A stretch of 64,000 nucleotides of DNA from an uncultured Chloroflexia bacterium (GTDB lineage Bacteria > Chloroflexota > Limnocylindria > Limnocylindrales > CSP1-4). Where the stretch lies: contig CAVUCC010000011.1 in NCBI GenBank assembly GCA_963739885.1, positions 321,760-385,759 of the forward strand, in the 5' to 3' direction. The position numbers and the translations under genes were made by a program. Positions 29,967 through 39,734 of this stretch are shown here, piece by piece (position 1 is the first letter of the stretch; each line of letters begins with the position of its first letter). Below the pieces are notes generated by a model. It saw only the letters and a list, made by a program, of their open reading frames with translations, ran no database searches and was not told the DNA's origin.

Positions 29967-31640
29967 ATGCCCATGCCGTCCCGGCGCACCTCCCGGCACC
30001 GCGCGCGACGACCGCTCCTCGCCCTGCTTGCGGCGGCGATCCTTGGACCGGTCTGTCTCGGATCCCTCTTGGCACCGACGCCCGCCGCGGCGGCCGAGCC
30101 GGACTTCCCGGCGAGCATGAGCGGTTACCACAACTACCCGGAGATGGCGGCGGAGATCCAGCAGGCGGCGACCGACTTCCCCGACATCGTCTCGGTGTTC
30201 TCGATCGGCAACAGCTACCAGGGACGCGACATCTGGGCGGCCAAGATCAGCGACAACGTCGCCACCGACGAGGACGAGCCCGAGGTGCTGATCGACGCCC
30301 TTCATCACGCCCGGGAGCACCTGACCACCGAGCAGGCGCTCGCGATCCTGCGCTGGCTGACCCACGGCTACGGCACCGACGAGACCGTCACCCGGCTGGT
30401 CGACACCCGCGAGACGTTCATCATCTTCGCGCTCAATCCGGACGGGATGGAGTACGACCTGACCGGGGATCCGTTCCGCGCCTGGCGCAAGAATCGCCAG
30501 AAGCTGGCCGACGGAACGCACATCTACACCGACCTCAATCGCAACTACTCGTATCGTTTCGCGTGCTGCGGGGGCTCGTCCGGCAAGCGTTCGTCGATCA
30601 CCTATCGCGGCCCGTACCCGTTCTCGGCGCCCGAGACCCGGACGCTGCGCGACTTCGTCAACAGCCGGGTCGTGAACGGCGTCCAGCAGATCCGGACCCA
30701 CATCACGCTCCACACCAACGGCGAGCTCATCCTGTGGCCGTACGGCTACACCAAGAAGAACGTGCCGCCCGACATGACCCGGCTGGACCACCGCGCGCTG
30801 GTGACGCTGGGCCGGGCGATGGCGTCGCTCAACGGGTACACGCCGGAGCAATCGTCCGATCTGTATGTCACCGACGGTGACCAGATCGACTGGCTGTACG
30901 CGCACCATCGGATCTTCAGCTACACGTTCGAGCTGTACCCGACCGAGAAGCCGACGGTGTGGGGCGACCACTACCCGGACGACTCGGCGATCCCCGCCCA
31001 GACCGAGCGCAACCGCTCGGCAATCCTGCTCCTGATTGACCGTGCGGCGTGCCCGTACGCGGCGCTGGGCGCGTCGGCGACCCGGGCGGACTGCGGCCCC
31101 CTCTACGACGACCTGGAGATCAACCGCGGCTGGCAGCGGGACCCGGACGGAGCGGACACGGCGACCAGCGGCCGGTGGCAGATCGCCAACCCGCAGACGA
31201 CCAGGTCCCACGGGGTCAAGCAGCTGGGCACCACGGTCTCGGGCCGGCGAGACCTGGTGACGGGCGCCAAGGCCGGCCCGCGGGCGGGCTCGAACGACCT
31301 CGATCACGGGGAGACCACGGTCCGCAGCCGGTCGATCACGCTGCCATCGGATCCGGCGGCGTACGGCCCGCTCACCTTCGCCTACTACCTGGCCCACACG
31401 GCGAAGTCGACCTCCGCCGACTATCTCCGGGTCATGGTCGAGGGCGAGGACGGGACCCGCACGACCGTGTTCGAGCGGCGCGGGTCAGCGCACGACGTCG
31501 ATGCGTCGTGGACCTCCGCGTCGGCGTCGCTGGCCGATTGGGCCGGTCAGACGATCCACCTCGTGGTGACCGCCCGGGACGGTGGTCGGGGCAATCTCCT
31601 CGAGGCCGGGATCGACGACATCCGGATCCGCCGGCCGTAG
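29967..31640 (+). CDS. secreted M14-family zinc carboxypeptidase with C-terminal beta-rich domain
   Basis: Signal peptide ...LLAPTPAAAA. YHNYPEM, GRDIWAAKISDN, ALHHAREHLTTE (HxxE zinc site) and FALNPDG. Confidence 0.8.
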   Translation: MPMPSRRTSRHRARRPLLALLAAAILGPVCLGSLLAPTPAAAAEPDFPASMSGYHNYPEMAAEIQQAATDFPDIVSVFSIGNSYQGRDIWAAKISDNVATDEDEPEVLIDALHHAREHLTTEQALAILRWLTHGYGTDETVTRLVDTRETFIIFALNPDGMEYDLTGDPFRAWRKNRQKLADGTHIYTDLNRNYSYRFACCGGSSGKRSSITYRGPYPFSAPETRTLRDFVNSRVVNGVQQIRTHITLHTNGELILWPYGYTKKNVPPDMTRLDHRALVTLGRAMASLNGYTPEQSSDLYVTDGDQIDWLYAHHRIFSYTFELYPTEKPTVWGDHYPDDSAIPAQTERNRSAILLLIDRAACPYAALGASATRADCGPLYDDLEINRGWQRDPDGADTATSGRWQIANPQTTRSHGVKQLGTTVSGRRDLVTGAKAGPRAGSNDLDHGETTVRSRSITLPSDPAAYGPLTFAYYLAHTAKSTSADYLRVMVEGEDGTRTTVFERRGSAHDVDASWTSASASLADWAGQTIHLVVTARDGGRGNLLEAGIDDIRIRRP

Positions 31641-31710
31641 CGAGCCCGGCCCGATCGGCAGCCGTCAGGGCGGCGACCCGGGCACGGTCCGGGCAGCGGC
31701 TCGGCTGCGG

Positions 31711-32991
31711 TCAGGGCAGGGCGGCCTGACTGGCCACCGTGCCGGCGAAGACGGCAAACCCGGCGACCAGCAGCAGCACACCGAACCCGACCACGAGCGC
31801 CGCACCGGCCCGGCGGCCGACACCGCGGGCCATGACCGGCGAATCGCCGTGCCGCCCTCCGACCAGGTCGCCCCAGGCGATGACCGACCACGTTGCGTAC
31901 AGGGGGGTTGCGATGACCGTCGCGAGACCGGTCGCGATCCCGGCGACCAGCCGATCCTGCACGCTGGACGAGATCAGCGAGCTGCCCCAGACGCCGAGCC
32001 CCGCGCTCAGGCCCACGACGAACGCGGCCGCGAACAACATGATCGCGTGCCCCCGAGTGAGCTGCCATGTCCGCGACACGGTCTCGATCACCCCGGTTCG
32101 CTCGAGTGCCAGCACGGGAAGCAGGAGCGAGAGCCTGACCCCCACCACGAACAGACCGATGAGGAGGACGAGGCCCAGGATCAGCATGGCGATCACTCCA
32201 AGGGCCGGCGCGATGACGAACAGGGCGGCGCCCACCAGGACCATCAGAGCGGCGGCGGCGGCAAGCGCGGCCACGAGAACGATCGTCAGCCCGATCGCCC
32301 GCGGCAAGGCGCGGATCGCACCCACGAGCGCGTCCCCAAGCCCGGTTGGCTGCCCGCTCCACAGCCGGTGGGCCGCGATGATCGATGACAGGGCGGCGAA
32401 GCTCGACAGGAGCCACGACACCAGGCTCATGGCGATGAGCAGGGCGGCGTCGTTGAGGATCACCTGCGGATCGACCGCGACGCTCGGCGTGGGGGTGCCA
32501 TACCCGGTCAGGTACTGCGGCGTCATCGCCGCGATCAGGAACGCCCCGACCCCGGCCGGCAGGGCGAGCGCGAGGAACAGCGACCACTCCCGGCCATAGG
32601 TGTCGAAGGTCCGCCCGAGGATCGAGCCGACGTCGAGCGTCGGGCCCCGGGCCGCTGACCTGGGGCCGACCCAGCCCCACCCGGAGGGCGGTCCGGGTGC
32701 TGGCGGCGGCGGAGGTGGCGGCGGAGGACCTGAGCCGGGGTCGCGGGCCGGGGGAACGCCCTCCGGAGGTGGCGGCGGCTGGACCCCTGCCCGGGAGTCC
32801 ACCTGCGTCGGTGTCGGCTCGGGGACCGAGGGCATCGATCGGTCGGGATCGCCGTCGGGTGCACCGGCCTGTGAACCCTGGCCCGGGGGCAGCCCGGCCG
32901 CCCCCGGCTCGGACTCGTTCATTCCGGTCCGTCGATCGTCGTCCATGACCCCCTGCGCTGCGTTGTCGTGAGTATGCGGGGAATCCCGCAA
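31711..32991 (-). CDS. polytopic membrane protein with Pro-rich N-terminus (function unknown)
   Basis: 426-aa ORF. The N-terminal ~120 aa are Pro/Gly-rich (PPPPPPPPPAPGPPSGWGW), followed by about 7 hydrophobic helices. Confidence 0.6.
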   Translation of the reverse strand: MRDSPHTHDNAAQGVMDDDRRTGMNESEPGAAGLPPGQGSQAGAPDGDPDRSMPSVPEPTPTQVDSRAGVQPPPPPEGVPPARDPGSGPPPPPPPPPAPGPPSGWGWVGPRSAARGPTLDVGSILGRTFDTYGREWSLFLALALPAGVGAFLIAAMTPQYLTGYGTPTPSVAVDPQVILNDAALLIAMSLVSWLLSSFAALSSIIAAHRLWSGQPTGLGDALVGAIRALPRAIGLTIVLVAALAAAAALMVLVGAALFVIAPALGVIAMLILGLVLLIGLFVVGVRLSLLLPVLALERTGVIETVSRTWQLTRGHAIMLFAAAFVVGLSAGLGVWGSSLISSSVQDRLVAGIATGLATVIATPLYATWSVIAWGDLVGGRHGDSPVMARGVGRRAGAALVVGFGVLLLVAGFAVFAGTVASQAALP

Positions 32992-33059
32992 CGCCGAGGA
33001 ACCGCCAGCCCTCCCGGCGACCCTTTGTCCACGCGCCCCGGCGCGCTAGGCTGGATGCC

Positions 33060-33698
33060 GTGGAGACGCAGCCGATCCGCGTCGTGCTCGTGGACGACCA
33101 CCCGGCGATCCTCGACGCCGTGGGCGCCGCCGTCCGGTCGGCACCGGATCTCGTGATCGCTGGCACGGCCCGCTCGCTCGACGAGGCCAAGACCCTGCTG
33201 GGGGGGCCCGGGTCCGCTGCGGCGGACGTGGTCGTGACGGACGTCCAGCTGGCCGGGGAGGCGGAAGGGCTCAGGCTGCTCGAAGCGCTCGGGCCGGAGG
33301 GACCCGCGATCCTGCTGCTGTCCTCGTTCGACCAGCCACCGCTCATCCGGACAGCGTTCGAGCGCGGTGCGGCGGGCTACCTGCTCAAGACCAGCGAGGT
33401 AAGGGACATTCTGGCCGCGATCCGGACGGTCGCCGCCGGAGGCACGGCGTTCTCGGCCTCGATGCTGCGTGCGATCCGGAGCGCACCGCGACGGCCCTCG
33501 GACCGCGAGATCGAGGTCCTCTCGCTGGTCTGCGGCGGCGCCTCCAACGACGAGGTCGGTGCCCACCTGGGTGTCACCGAGAAGACCGTTGAGAGCCACC
33601 TTCGCCGGCTGTTCGACCGGTACGGCGTCCTGTCGCGCACCGAGCTCGCGGTGCTCGCGTTGCGGGAAGGATGGGTCCCCGAGCGGCCACGCCCATGA
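33060..33698 (+). CDS. NarL/LuxR-family response regulator
   Basis: VVLVDDHP and VVVTDVQLAGE form the receiver. The C-terminal LuxR helix-turn-helix is EIEVLSLVCGGASNDEVGAHLGVTEKTVESHL. Confidence 0.85.
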   Translation: METQPIRVVLVDDHPAILDAVGAAVRSAPDLVIAGTARSLDEAKTLLGGPGSAAADVVVTDVQLAGEAEGLRLLEALGPEGPAILLLSSFDQPPLIRTAFERGAAGYLLKTSEVRDILAAIRTVAAGGTAFSASMLRAIRSAPRRPSDREIEVLSLVCGGASNDEVGAHLGVTEKTVESHLRRLFDRYGVLSRTELAVLALREGWVPERPRP

Positions 33699-34973
33699 CA
33701 CGGGCCCTGCGACTCGCCTCGTGGGCGGCGGCGGCCGTCGTCGGCGGGCTGGTCGCGCTGCGGCTGACGGATCCGTTCGACCTACCCGGGCCATCGATCT
33801 CCGCCATCGTGCCGATCCTGTGGGCGGTGGGGGCGCTGGTCGTGCTCGGCCTGACCCACAGCTGGGCACCGACGCTCGGCTGGGCCGCGGTCATCGTCGG
33901 CTCCACCGCCGGCGCGCTCGCGACCGTCGGATACAGCGGTGAGATGCGGCAGCTGGGTGGCGAGGCGGATCCGCGGCTCGAGACGCTGGTGACCGCGGTC
34001 CTGCTGATCCCGCCCGCGATCGCGGCGGCCTATGCGGTCTCGGGGCAGGCACGGAACCGGGTGACGGCAGCCATGTGGGTGATCGTGGGCGTGCTGACCA
34101 TCGAGCTGGCCGCCCGCGCCGTGGCACGGACGCAGGACAGCGAGCTGGAGGGGATGCTGCCCGAGTGGCTGTGGCTGGGCGTGATCGCGACCCTGGCGAC
34201 GATCGGCCTGGTGCGTGACCTTGCCCCGGCCTTCCGCCGGACGCGCGTGCGGCTGGCCGAGGGTGAGGGCGGATCGGGCGCCAGGTCTGCGCTGCCGGCG
34301 TTACGGGTGCTGGTCGACGAGCTCGTCCCCGGGCGCGACATCGGGCGGGCCGAGGCGGTCGAATCCGAGCGCGGCCGGTTGGCGGCCGACCTGCACGCGG
34401 AGGTGCTGCCATCGCTGCGCAGGGCGCTCGCGGCCGCCGAGGCAGGCGGCACCGTGGAGCGGCTGGCGGCCGACCTGCGGTCCGCGGTGGACGAGGTCGA
34501 ATCGCTGCTCGCGGCGCGGCGCTCGATCGTGCTCGAGGAGATGGGCCTGGTGGCGGGGCTCGAGTGGCTGGCCGAGCGCGTCGAGGACCGCTCCACGGTC
34601 CGTGTCGAGATCGAGGTCGGCGGCTCCGATGGCGAGGGCGCGGCCGATTTCGGGCAACGACGGTGTCGCCCGGCGTTTGCCGCGCGACGTGGAGCGGGCC
34701 GCCTTCCGGGTGGCGCAGCTGGCGCTCGACAACGTCGTGCGCCACGCGCCCGGCAGCATGGCCCGGATCGCGGTGGAGGTGCAGCCGGCCTCGGTCGAGC
34801 TGCTGATCGAGGACGACGGGCATGGGCCACCCGCGAACGAGGATGCCGCCGCGCGCAGCGGGCGGCGCGGGATCGCCGACATGCGGGCCGAGGCACGGGC
34901 ATGCGGCGGCGTGCTGAGGATCAGTCCGCGACCGACCCACGGCACGGCGGTCGTGTTTCGGTGGCCGGCGTGA
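33695..34973 (+). pseudogene. sensor histidine kinase (HisKA_3 type) split over two reading frames
   Basis: The ATG at 33695 overlaps the response-regulator stop. Membrane helices and the H-box ERGRLAADLHAEVL lie in the frame of ORF 33671..34990. The ATPase half (RLPRDVERAAFRVAQLALDNVVRHA...IEDDGHG...GRRGIADM) lies in the frame of ORF 34215..34973. The switch is at about 34630-34680. Confidence 0.7.
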
Positions 34974-35020
34974 GCGACCGCGTCGTGTAGCCTCTCCGTG
35001 CCGAAGGAGACGGAGATGGC

Positions 35021-35962
35021 ATGAGCGACCCGGGACTGCTGCGTGGTGTCTGGAGCATCGTCCCCACGCCCTTCGCTCCTGACGGTGCCCTCGATGTGCC
35101 CTCGATCGAGCGCCTGGTCGCCTTCGTCCGCGCAACCGGGGTGGACGGCCTGACGATCCTGGGGGTGCTGGGCGAGGCCGGCCGGCTGGCCGATGCGGAG
35201 CGGTCTGTCGTGGTCGATTCGGTGCTGGCGGCCGCCACGGGCTCGATCCCGGTGTGCGTCGGCGTGTCGCACGCCGCTACCGATCGAGCGGTCGCGTTCG
35301 CCCGCGGGGCCGAGGCCGCTGGTGCGGCCGCGGTGATGCTCGCCCCGCCGCCGCTCCCCCGCCCGAGCGATGCGGCCGTTCGCCGTCACTACCTCGCCGT
35401 GGCTGAGGCGATCACCCTGCCGATCGTGGTCCAGGACCATCCTGCGAGCTCCGGCGTGCGGATGTCCGTCGAGCTCCTGCTCGCCCTCGCCGATGAGGTC
35501 CGGCAATGCCGCGTGATCAAGCTCGAGGACGAGCCCACACCGCCCAAGGTCGGCGCCCTGGTGAGCGGCTCGTCCGACGTCACCGTGCTGGGCGGGCTGG
35601 GCGCCGGGATGCTGATCGAGGAGCTGCGGCGTGGCAGCCACGGGACGATGACCGGGTTCGGGTTCCCGGAGGTGCTGGTGGACGTTGTCCGGCGCTGGTC
35701 TGCCGGGGATCGCGACGGAGCGGCATCGGTGTTCGACCGCTACGCCACCGTGATCCGGTTCGAGAACCAGGCGCTGCTCAACCTGCCGATCCGGAAGCAC
35801 GTCTACCAGCGGCGCGGGGCGATCGCCCACGCCACGGTCCGGGCGCCCGGCTCACCCGCCGACGCGGGCACAATCGCGGATCTCGACGACCTGCTCCGGC
35901 GGACGGGCCTCGACCGCCACCTCGAGCCCGGCTCGCTGCGCCCGGATCCCGATCCAGGCTGA
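35021..35962 (+). CDS. dihydrodipicolinate synthase/N-acetylneuraminate lyase-family aldolase
   Basis: VPTPF...G.LD, GVDGLTILGVLGEAGRL and VGVS follow the DapA-family pattern. Confidence 0.65.
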   Translation: MSDPGLLRGVWSIVPTPFAPDGALDVPSIERLVAFVRATGVDGLTILGVLGEAGRLADAERSVVVDSVLAAATGSIPVCVGVSHAATDRAVAFARGAEAAGAAAVMLAPPPLPRPSDAAVRRHYLAVAEAITLPIVVQDHPASSGVRMSVELLLALADEVRQCRVIKLEDEPTPPKVGALVSGSSDVTVLGGLGAGMLIEELRRGSHGTMTGFGFPEVLVDVVRRWSAGDRDGAASVFDRYATVIRFENQALLNLPIRKHVYQRRGAIAHATVRAPGSPADAGTIADLDDLLRRTGLDRHLEPGSLRPDPDPG

Positions 35963-35978
35963 GGGCGAGCCGCCGCGA

Positions 35979-36746
35979 TCATGGCAGCGAGCGGATCATC
36001 CCGCCGTCCACGGCAACGACCTGGCCGGTCACATAGCCGGCCGCGGGCGACAGCAGGAACGCACCGACCCGACCGATCTCGGCGGGCTCGCCGTATCTGC
36101 CCAACGGGATCGCCGCCCGACTCCTCCGTTCGACCTCCTCGACGCTGAGGCCCGAGGCCTCGGCCCGCCGGGCGTCGACCTCACCGGTCCGGTCGGTCGA
36201 GATCCGGCCGGGCGCCAGGCCGTTGATCCGGACCGGTGCGATCTCGAGGGTCAGCGTCTTGATCAGCCCGACCAGGCCTGGGCGCAACACGTTCGAGGTC
36301 ACAAGCGCCGAGATCGGGTGGCGGACCGACGACGAGAGCACGATCAGGATCGCCGGGTCGGAGCCCGCGCGCAGGTGAGGCAGCGCGGCCCGGATCAGCC
36401 TGAGGGAGGCCTGGAGCGTGCCCGCGATCGCGCGCTCCCAGGCTGCCTCATCGACCGCATCGAACGTGCCGGCGGGCGGACCCCCGGAGTTGACGACCAG
36501 CAGGTCCAGCCCGCCGAATGCCGCCACCGCCTGGCGGACGGCATCTGCCGGCCCCTCGGGGGTGACCAGGTCCGCCACGACCGCGACCCCGTCGAAACGC
36601 CGCGCCGCGCCCTCGGCACGATCGCGGGTGCGGCCGATCAGGGCCACCCGGGCACCCTCATCGGCGAGCGCTGCGGCGATCCCTTCGCCGATCCCCGAGG
36701 CACCGCCGCCGATCAGCGCCCGCCGCCCCGCCAGCCCGAGATCCAT
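35979..36746 (-). CDS. SDR-family oxidoreductase
   Basis: ALIGGGASGIG, NSGG and the C-terminal GQVVAVDGG. The start is 36746 or 36767. Confidence 0.75.
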   Translation of the reverse strand: MDLGLAGRRALIGGGASGIGEGIAAALADEGARVALIGRTRDRAEGAARRFDGVAVVADLVTPEGPADAVRQAVAAFGGLDLLVVNSGGPPAGTFDAVDEAAWERAIAGTLQASLRLIRAALPHLRAGSDPAILIVLSSSVRHPISALVTSNVLRPGLVGLIKTLTLEIAPVRINGLAPGRISTDRTGEVDARRAEASGLSVEEVERRSRAAIPLGRYGEPAEIGRVGAFLLSPAAGYVTGQVVAVDGGMIRSLP

Positions 36747-36839
36747 CGTGCCCTCCGCCGGATCCAACCCCCGGGCACAGCGTACCGGTCGTGGGCTACG
36801 CTCATGCTGCCGGCATCCCTGTGTGCCTGCTGGAGGGTC

Positions 36840-38057
36840 ATGACCGAGTCCGAGATCGCCGGCCTGCTGCCGGTCGAGCTGTTCGTCCTGCTGGTGGTGG
36901 TGGCGACCGCCGTGGCCCTGGTCGCCCGCCGGTTCGCGCTCCCGTACACGGTGGCCCTGGTCCTGGCAGGACTCGTGATCTCGATCCTGTTCCCGTCCAC
37001 TCAGCTGGGCATCACGCCCGAGCTGATCCTCGCGGTGCTGCTGCCTGGTCTGGTGTTCGAGGCCGCCTACAAGATCGACCTGGGCGAGCTGCGCCGGTCA
37101 TTCGGTGCCGTCGCGATCCTGGCCGCCCCGGGCGTCCTGATCACCGCGGGCGTGGTGGCCGTGGTGGTCTCGAGCGTCACCAGCCTCGACTTCTCGATGG
37201 CCTTCGTGCTGGGCGCGATGATCTCGGCCACGGATCCGGTCGCCGTCGTGTCGCTGTTCAAGCGGCTCCACGCCCCGAGACGGCTGGCAACCGTGGTCGA
37301 GTCCGAGAGCCTGCTCAACGACGGAACGGGCGTCGTCCTGTTCGCGATCGCGCTGCGGGCCATCAGCGAGCCCGTCACGATCGCGGACGGGGCGGTCGCG
37401 TTCGTGCTCACGGTCGTGGTCAGCGCCGTCATCGGCACCGCGGCAGGCATGCTTGCGGAGCGCCTGATGCGGATCGCCGACGACCACCTGATCGAGGTGG
37501 CGATCTCGGTGATCGCCGCGTATGGCACCTACCTCGTCGCCGACCGCATCCACGAGTCGGGGATCATCGCGACCGTGGTCGTCGGGCTGGTGCTGGGCAA
37601 CGAGAGCGGGGGCGTGGTGCTCAGCCGCCGGACTCGCGAGGCCCTCGACATCACCTGGGAGTTCGTGGCCTTCCTGCTCACCGCGCTCACCTTCCTGCTG
37701 ATGGGCCTCGCGATCAGCCCGGCGCTGCTCGGCCAGGCGGCGCCCCTGATCGCGGCCGGGTTCCTGGCCATCACGCTCGCCCGGGCATTCGTCGTGTATG
37801 GGGTGATCGGGGGCGGCGGGCGGATGCTGCCGGGGCCCAGCCGGATGCCGGTTGGCTCCCTGCATGTCATGTTCTGGGCGGGGCTCCGCGGGGCTGTTGC
37901 GGTGGCCCTGGCACTGGCCCTGCCAACCAACCTGCCCGATCGCGGCCTGCTCCAGGGAGCAGTCTACGGCGTGGTGCTGGTTACGCTGCTCGTGCAGGGC
38001 ACCACCGCTGGCCTCGTGGTTCGGCGCTCCGGGATCCTTCGTCGGCCTGCGGCCTGA
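36840..38057 (+). CDS. Na+/H+ (cation:proton) antiporter, CPA1 family
   Basis: ATG at 36840. A polytopic protein with GAMISATDPVAVVSLF and ESLLNDGTGVVLF. The upstream part of ORF 36318..38057 is antisense to the SDR gene. Confidence 0.8.
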   Translation: MTESEIAGLLPVELFVLLVVVATAVALVARRFALPYTVALVLAGLVISILFPSTQLGITPELILAVLLPGLVFEAAYKIDLGELRRSFGAVAILAAPGVLITAGVVAVVVSSVTSLDFSMAFVLGAMISATDPVAVVSLFKRLHAPRRLATVVESESLLNDGTGVVLFAIALRAISEPVTIADGAVAFVLTVVVSAVIGTAAGMLAERLMRIADDHLIEVAISVIAAYGTYLVADRIHESGIIATVVVGLVLGNESGGVVLSRRTREALDITWEFVAFLLTALTFLLMGLAISPALLGQAAPLIAAGFLAITLARAFVVYGVIGGGGRMLPGPSRMPVGSLHVMFWAGLRGAVAVALALALPTNLPDRGLLQGAVYGVVLVTLLVQGTTAGLVVRRSGILRRPAA

Positions 38058-38079
38058 TCGGTCCCGCCCGAGGCCACAT

Positions 38080-38104
38080 ACCGGACCGGACCGGACCGGA
38101 CCGG
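38080..38104. repeat. pentanucleotide microsatellite (ACCGG)x5
   Basis: It was read directly: accggaccggaccggaccggaccgg. It is intergenic, 23 nt after the antiporter stop. Confidence 0.9.
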
Positions 38105-38300
38105 CACCGCGGGCACCCGGGAAGCGGCGCAATCGAACCGCAACCGCTCCGGATCCCGACCGGCGTCGCCGCGTGAGCGGCGTGAGCGCACCATGGGCAA
38201 ACACAGCGCCACGTCTCCTGACGCTGGCCGCACCGGATCGCAGCCGGTCCGTCCCCCTTTCCGGCCCCGCCGGCATCACCCGAACGGGAGGGCACCGACC

Positions 38301-38525
38301 ATGACCTACCCCGCCTACGACACGAGCCACGTTCCCGACGCTCTCGACACCCGCGGCGGACCGATCACGTGCAGCGCCTGCGGCTGCCGCCTCGAGCGTG
38401 CGGCTGACGGCGAGGAGGTGTGGTTCCACTTCGCGCCCCTCGGCGGCCGCGACGCGCGCGGCTGCCGGGTCGCGTGCGTCGACGCTCCCCACAACGCGAG
38501 GGGTGTGGCGCTCATCGCGGCTTGA
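38301..38525 (+). CDS. small Cys-rich hypothetical protein (74 aa)
   Basis: ATG at 38301 follows GGGAGG. ITCSACGCRLE...CRVACVDAPH suggests metal binding. Two hairpins follow it. Weak call. Confidence 0.35.
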   Translation: MTYPAYDTSHVPDALDTRGGPITCSACGCRLERAADGEEVWFHFAPLGGRDARGCRVACVDAPHNARGVALIAA

Positions 38526-38591
38526 TCGTCGGCTGGGCTGGATCTCCCGCCCAGCCTGACCGCCCGACCGAGGGCAACCACCACAACGCGA

Positions 38592-38624
38592 CGGCCCCGG
38601 CTACGCCCCGGGGCCGTTTCGATT
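38592..38624 (+). terminator. intrinsic terminator-like hairpin
   Basis: 9-bp GC stem CGGCCCCGG / CCGGGGCCG with a 7-nt loop, followed by TTTCGATT. A second hairpin GGCTGGGC/GCCCAGCC lies at 38531-38556. Confidence 0.55.
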
Positions 38625-38986
38625 CCGCGAGACCTCGCCGGTCCGCATGACAGGCCCCCGTCCGCGGGACGACCTCATCGCGAGCGTCCGCTCCAGGCGC
38701 CTCGTCGCCAGTCCTCGCGGGGTCTCCGGTCCGCACGCTCCGGCCGCGCGCACCGAGCGTGCGACCGCCGGCCGAGTCGGGCGGTCACTGCCGGGCCCTT
38801 TGCCCCCCACTCGGCCACCTGCCCTTCTGAGCTGCGAGCGTGGGCCGGGGCCTTGGTCAAGAAGCGGTCGTCGTACCCGCCTCACGGGTATCCGACCAGA
38901 TGCGAGACGTGACTCGGGCTGTTCGTCGCGCCGACCACGCGCCCAGCCGGCCGGACGCGAATCCGGGTGACCGCGGGAACGCGTGC

Positions 38987-39712
38987 TCAGGCCGGTTCGT
39001 CCGCCTCGATCCGGTAGCCGACCGAGCGCACCGCGACGATTCGCGGTCCGCCCGCCGCCTCGAGCTTGGAGCGCAGCCGGGCCAGATGCGGCTTGAGCCA
39101 CAGCAGGTCGGGGTCCGGCTCCGCGGGCCAACCGGCGCGGGCGAGCCGGTGGTGCGCCACCAGGTCCCCACCGGCGCGAACCAGCGCCTCGAGCAGTCGG
39201 AACTCGGTGGGGGTGAGGTTGAGCGCGATCGCCCCGACATGCGCCTCGTGGCGGGCCGGTTCGAGCGTCAGCGATCCTGCGGTCAGCACACCCGTCGCAC
39301 CGTCGCCCAGGCCGCCGATGCGGCCGGTTCCGGCCAGGTCGACGCGTCGCATCACGGCCGAGATCCGCGCCAGCAGCTCCTGCTTGCCGAATGGCTTGAC
39401 CAGGTAGTCGTCCGCCCCGATCCCCAGCGCCTTGACCTTGGCCGCCTCGGCGCTCTCGCCCGAGACCACCAGCACCGGCACGTTGCCGGTAGCGCGCAGC
39501 TGGCCGATGACGGTGAACCCGTCCGGGCCCGGCATCGCCAGGTCGAGCAGCACCAGGTCCGGGCGCTCCTCCCGGAAGCGTTTGACGGCGGTCAGGCCGT
39601 CATACGCGGTGATGACCTGGTGGCCCTCGGTGCCGACGAGGGCCGTGATCGCCCCGACCATCGCCGGGTCGTCGTCCACGACCAGGATCCGCAACGGTCG
39701 CGTTCCGATCAT
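38987..39712 (-). CDS. OmpR/PhoB-family response regulator
   Basis: ATG at 39712. ILVVDDDP and LVLLDLAMPGPDG form the receiver. The winged helix is LTPTEFRLLEALV...VRSVGYRI. Confidence 0.85.
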   Translation of the reverse strand: MIGTRPLRILVVDDDPAMVGAITALVGTEGHQVITAYDGLTAVKRFREERPDLVLLDLAMPGPDGFTVIGQLRATGNVPVLVVSGESAEAAKVKALGIGADDYLVKPFGKQELLARISAVMRRVDLAGTGRIGGLGDGATGVLTAGSLTLEPARHEAHVGAIALNLTPTEFRLLEALVRAGGDLVAHHRLARAGWPAEPDPDLLWLKPHLARLRSKLEAAGGPRIVAVRSVGYRIEADEPA

Positions 39713-39734
39713 GATGTCCTGACCTGCCTTTCCG

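Noticed and set aside
28719-31397. 892-aa minus-strand ORF
   Set aside because: It is antisense to the AlaDH-like, VOC and M14 genes, has extreme Arg/Gly/Pro content and no motifs. It is a typical high-GC shadow ORF.
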